Assembly (NCBI GenBank): GCA_964342815.1
Contig: CAYFHS010000041.1
Span: 1 to 37,023, forward strand
Source of the DNA: an uncultured archaeon
GTDB lineage: Archaea > Thermoplasmatota > Penumbrarchaeia > JASLWR01
Reading direction: 5' to 3'
DNA length: 37,023 nucleotides
The notes beneath the pieces were generated by a model, which was not told where the DNA came from, did not search any database, and saw only the letters and a program-made list of their open reading frames with translations. Positions 33,854 to 37,023 of this stretch are shown here, piece after piece (within the stretch, counting starts at the first letter, position 1; each line of letters starts with the position of its first letter). The position numbers were made by a program, and so were the translations under genes.

Positions 33854-36766
33854 TCAATAATCATCCCCATCTTTCTCAGTATTTAAATTATCTCCGCTCT
33901 GCTGCCTATCCTTCTTCTTTACCTTTAACAGCCTCATAATTACAACAACTGCTACAATAAGTAGCAAAAATACAGCACCAAATAAAACTCCATCAACTAA
34001 TTTTATACTTGAATCCTCTTCGTCATTAACACCTTTAACATCGGACACTTTCAAGTTCAATTTCCTCGTGAAAGCCTCCCCACCTCGATGATCATCCGCA
34101 GTGAAATGAAAAGTATGCTCGCCTTCAGGGACTGTTATATTGAACATGAAGGTTGCACCCAGGCTGTAATCACCCGAGGCTTTAACACATGGGTATTTTT
34201 CCTCACCGATGACCAGTTGGACCAATGGGGCCCTTTCACCGATATCCATATCTGTGAAAACCACAGTGAACACGAAATCAGTAGCGGTATCCCCTTCTTC
34301 AGGTGATACCTGCGGGTTTGTAAGCCAGGGGAGTTTATTTTCCAGAAATACCTGAACGATCAGCGTAGTGTTGTCAAACAGCAGCCCGTCGGATACATTG
34401 ATGTCCACAGAATCCTCTGTGACGCCTTCCGGATATGTCATTTTGAGGATGAATCCATCAACTTTAATATACGGTGAGTCAACCGTTATTATAAGATCGT
34501 CGGGATGATTATCTATGTCGGATATGTAGTTTTCAAGTGATAGATTGAACGGAACGTCCTTAACCAATTCCACCGTTGGAATTTCCAGAATGATTGGTGC
34601 ATCGTTCACAGGTGAGATTCTAACATTTATTTCCATATATTCGGTGTTGTTTCCATCATAGACGGACACGTTCACAAGGTCGAAATCCACCCCGTTGGGG
34701 TACCTGAAATTGATAATAAGCCCTTCAATATCTGAATATGATGAGTTGTCACTCAGTGTGATATTGGAAAACGGAGTATCAAGGTCCGTAATATACGGTG
34801 ATATGTCTAGTGCGAAGGGAATATCTTCGGTCAGGTTTTGCTGAGGTACGGAAGAAAGCTCTGGCGGATAGTTGTCGTAAATGACCTTCACCAGAAAATC
34901 CCTGTAAGTTGGAGTTGGGAAATCGCCATCGCTTACCGAAAGATTTACCAACTCGGTATAGGTTCCGCTGGGATACATCATGTAAAGAACCATACCTTCC
35001 ACGGTAATGTATGACGAATTCACCTCAAGGGTAAGGGTTTCCTTTGGTGTGTCCCGGTCTCTGATGTATGAGGAGAGGTTGACCATAAAAAGATAATCCT
35101 CGGGGGGTCGTTGAGTGGGGATCGGGTCAATCTCGGGTGGATATGGAGGAACAGTGGTGAACGAGAATCGGTACTCATCGACACCAGCTCCCTCGTCGTT
35201 TCCATCCTTGTCACCATCCAGATGAAATCCAAAGAGGTCCACAATATCGGTTGTGACGGTAACAGTGAATAACTCGTTCAACTTTAACGTATTGTTAGGC
35301 TTGAGGTGGGCGCTATCACCAGCAATGTTCGACCGTACTGTCCCAGTAGCGCGTTGACCCTGGGAATCCTTTAAAATAATCGAGCTTTCTGAAATAGAGG
35401 AAGGATCAACTGCTTTGTTAAAAATGATCTCTATCTCAAGCTCCGTACTCACTTCCGCAGCATCAGGAAATGGAAAAGTATTAATTACCTTTGGGGGTTC
35501 AATGTCTTTCTTCGCACCGACACAATAAAGCCCATCCCCATCGGTGGTCATAAAGATCAGGTTCCCGGCCAGGGCTGGAGAAGAGCTTATGCCCCATGAA
35601 CCTCCGCTCGTCCCAAGTTTCTTCGTCCATACTGTGGAAGAATCGGTCCTGTTCAAACAGTAGAACCGCCCATCGGCGGCACCCATGTAAACATATTTTG
35701 GTGTGATTATGGGTGAACTGTGGATCCAGTCATCGAGGTCCTTGATCCAATATTGGCTTGTCCCGCCCGTACCATTCCCAAATGCATCAAGGCAGTAGAA
35801 GTTTGCATTTTGACTGCCGATATAAACCCTCCCATAGCCCACAGCGGCAGAACCATAGGATCCACCGATATTGTGTTTCCATATCAGGGTGGTCGTTCCC
35901 CCGGAACCCATTGCATCCAGGCAATATATATTGGCGGTTTCACTAATACCGGCAATGTAAACATTACCATAGGCCAAAGCAGGAGAACTGCATGGTGGCG
36001 AATCAAGCCCGTAGGACCATATTTGCGTTCCGTTGTCGGCATTGAAACAGTATACGATATTATCTCCGCCCAACCAGCCGCCACCTCCTAAATATACCCT
36101 GCCGTTCCAGTAGGCCGGTGAACTGGTGGCTCCACCATTGTAAAAGGAACTCCAATGTTCTGTACCATTGGTGTATATGGCCTTTAGATGACCGGCACTG
36201 GAACTAATAAATATCTCATCGTCACCATCGGTAGTAGGGCTAGTTTCGATCGGGCCGCCAATTGGAGCGGTCCAGTATAATGTTGTAGTACCTCCCGTTC
36301 CATTGGCATCGAGGCAGAAAAGATTACTGCCGCCGCCGATATAGACCCTTCCCTCAAAAACCAAGGGCGAGGAATCAGTGGTAGTACTCAGATTATAAGA
36401 CCAGACCGTTGATCCGGTTGCTATGTCATAACAGTAGATCCATTCGCTCCTTCCAATATAAACCTGTCCGTACTTAACGGCAGGGGAACTATACATGTTA
36501 GATTTTGGACTTGCTCTCCATAGTTGGTTCCAGGAACTAGGGCCGATACTGCTTGCATTCCCCGTATGGTTCGAATCCCCCCGCCACATACTCCATTCAT
36601 TATAGGGAATACCGGAATCCCTGGTCGAAATATCATTAATGTATAATCCTTCGAATGAATTGATTGACGAACCGCTATCAAGAACAATAATATTAATTGG
36701 AAAAATTTGGACCAGAACTAAAATTCCAATAATTATACATCGAAATACAATCCTTTTTCGATCCAA
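33854..36766 (-). CDS. Membrane-anchored surface protein with PQQ/BamB-like beta-propeller and Ig-like domains
   Basis: WSMWRGD...HTG start, repeated SSPA...G.VY.G...YC.DA..G...W blades, DxD-containing Ig-like repeats, C-terminal transmembrane helix plus KVKKK. Probable TTG start at 36766 after GGTG; the ORF track starts at 36856. Confidence 0.88.
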   Translation of the reverse strand: MDRKRIVFRCIIIGILVLVQIFPINIIVLDSGSSINSFEGLYINDISTRDSGIPYNEWSMWRGDSNHTGNASSIGPSSWNQLWRASPKSNMYSSPAVKYGQVYIGRSEWIYCYDIATGSTVWSYNLSTTTDSSPLVFEGRVYIGGGSNLFCLDANGTGGTTTLYWTAPIGGPIETSPTTDGDDEIFISSSAGHLKAIYTNGTEHWSSFYNGGATSSPAYWNGRVYLGGGGWLGGDNIVYCFNADNGTQIWSYGLDSPPCSSPALAYGNVYIAGISETANIYCLDAMGSGGTTTLIWKHNIGGSYGSAAVGYGRVYIGSQNANFYCLDAFGNGTGGTSQYWIKDLDDWIHSSPIITPKYVYMGAADGRFYCLNRTDSSTVWTKKLGTSGGSWGISSSPALAGNLIFMTTDGDGLYCVGAKKDIEPPKVINTFPFPDAAEVSTELEIEIIFNKAVDPSSISESSIILKDSQGQRATGTVRSNIAGDSAHLKPNNTLKLNELFTVTVTTDIVDLFGFHLDGDKDGNDEGAGVDEYRFSFTTVPPYPPEIDPIPTQRPPEDYLFMVNLSSYIRDRDTPKETLTLEVNSSYITVEGMVLYMMYPSGTYTELVNLSVSDGDFPTPTYRDFLVKVIYDNYPPELSSVPQQNLTEDIPFALDISPYITDLDTPFSNITLSDNSSYSDIEGLIINFRYPNGVDFDLVNVSVYDGNNTEYMEINVRISPVNDAPIILEIPTVELVKDVPFNLSLENYISDIDNHPDDLIITVDSPYIKVDGFILKMTYPEGVTEDSVDINVSDGLLFDNTTLIVQVFLENKLPWLTNPQVSPEEGDTATDFVFTVVFTDMDIGERAPLVQLVIGEEKYPCVKASGDYSLGATFMFNITVPEGEHTFHFTADDHRGGEAFTRKLNLKVSDVKGVNDEEDSSIKLVDGVLFGAVFLLLIVAVVVIMRLLKVKKKDRQQSGDNLNTEKDGDDY

Positions 36767-36998
36767 ATCGACACCGGGATAGTAATAATTATACCGATAT
36801 AAATGGATTGTTGATTTGCGTATCCGCACCAATATCAAAAACAAATTTGTGTTCAAATATTTGAGGATAAAGACCCATTCTTCCGGTTTGTCTTTGTGTG
36901 ATGCTTGAAAAGGAATCGATTCGATGGCTTGCAGTGTTCCCCCATAAAATGCATGGTTTCAACTGTCTTAGAGAGGGTGTGCCGGAGCAGAAAAAAAG

Positions 36999-37023
36999 TA
37001 GCGGGGAGTAGATTTGAACTACT
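36999..37023 (-). tRNA. 3' end (about positions 49-73) of a tRNA, probably initiator tRNA-Met; truncated by the window edge
   Basis: The minus strand reads AGTAG TTCAAAT CTACT CCCCGCT A: a perfect T-arm, the acceptor 3' strand ending in U72, discriminator A, no encoded CCA, then a T-run. The anticodon lies outside the window. Confidence 0.8.

Noticed and set aside
7473-36687. Numerous 60-250 aa ORFs overlapping hdrA, the PKS, htpX-like and surface-protein genes
   Set aside because: These are shadow or antisense frames of long well-supported CDSs with no recognisable motifs.
36999-37023. tRNA as the integration site of the TA/repeat region
   Set aside because: It is 22 kb from the array, I saw no duplicate of its 3' end in the window, and no integrase is adjacent.

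Overview
The window is archaeal, probably Thermoplasmatota (inferred from TATA/BRE-like promoters, GGAGG/GGTG ribosome-binding sites, a tRNA fragment ending like an A1:U72 initiator tRNA, and the surface-protein style). It has three parts. (1) 1-15 kb is an accessory region with six toxin-antitoxin pairs (three PIN, MNT-HEPN, RelE, HicBA), several of them decayed, two copies of a 101-aa unknown ORF, a Fic gene and an hdrC-hdrB-hdrA(mvhD-fused) operon. These units are separated by co-oriented mosaic repeats built from a 24-bp palindrome (RTTATGTGCAGTACTGCACRTAAT, 8 copies), a related 23-bp palindrome and a 34-bp hairpin motif. The layout suggests a cassette array or a small mobile repeat family; no recombinase is visible in the window. 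(2) 15-29.4 kb holds a membrane protein, an HtpX-like protease, a small conserved protein, a ~3200-aa type I PKS/FAS-like enzyme (ACP2-KS-AT-KS-ACP4-KR-DH) whose six ACPs all carry Thr at the usual phosphopantetheine Ser, and a degenerate endonuclease IV homolog. (3) 29.7-37 kb has two large membrane-anchored beta-propeller surface proteins and the 3' end of a tRNA. All family assignments come from motif recognition by eye; no database searches were run.
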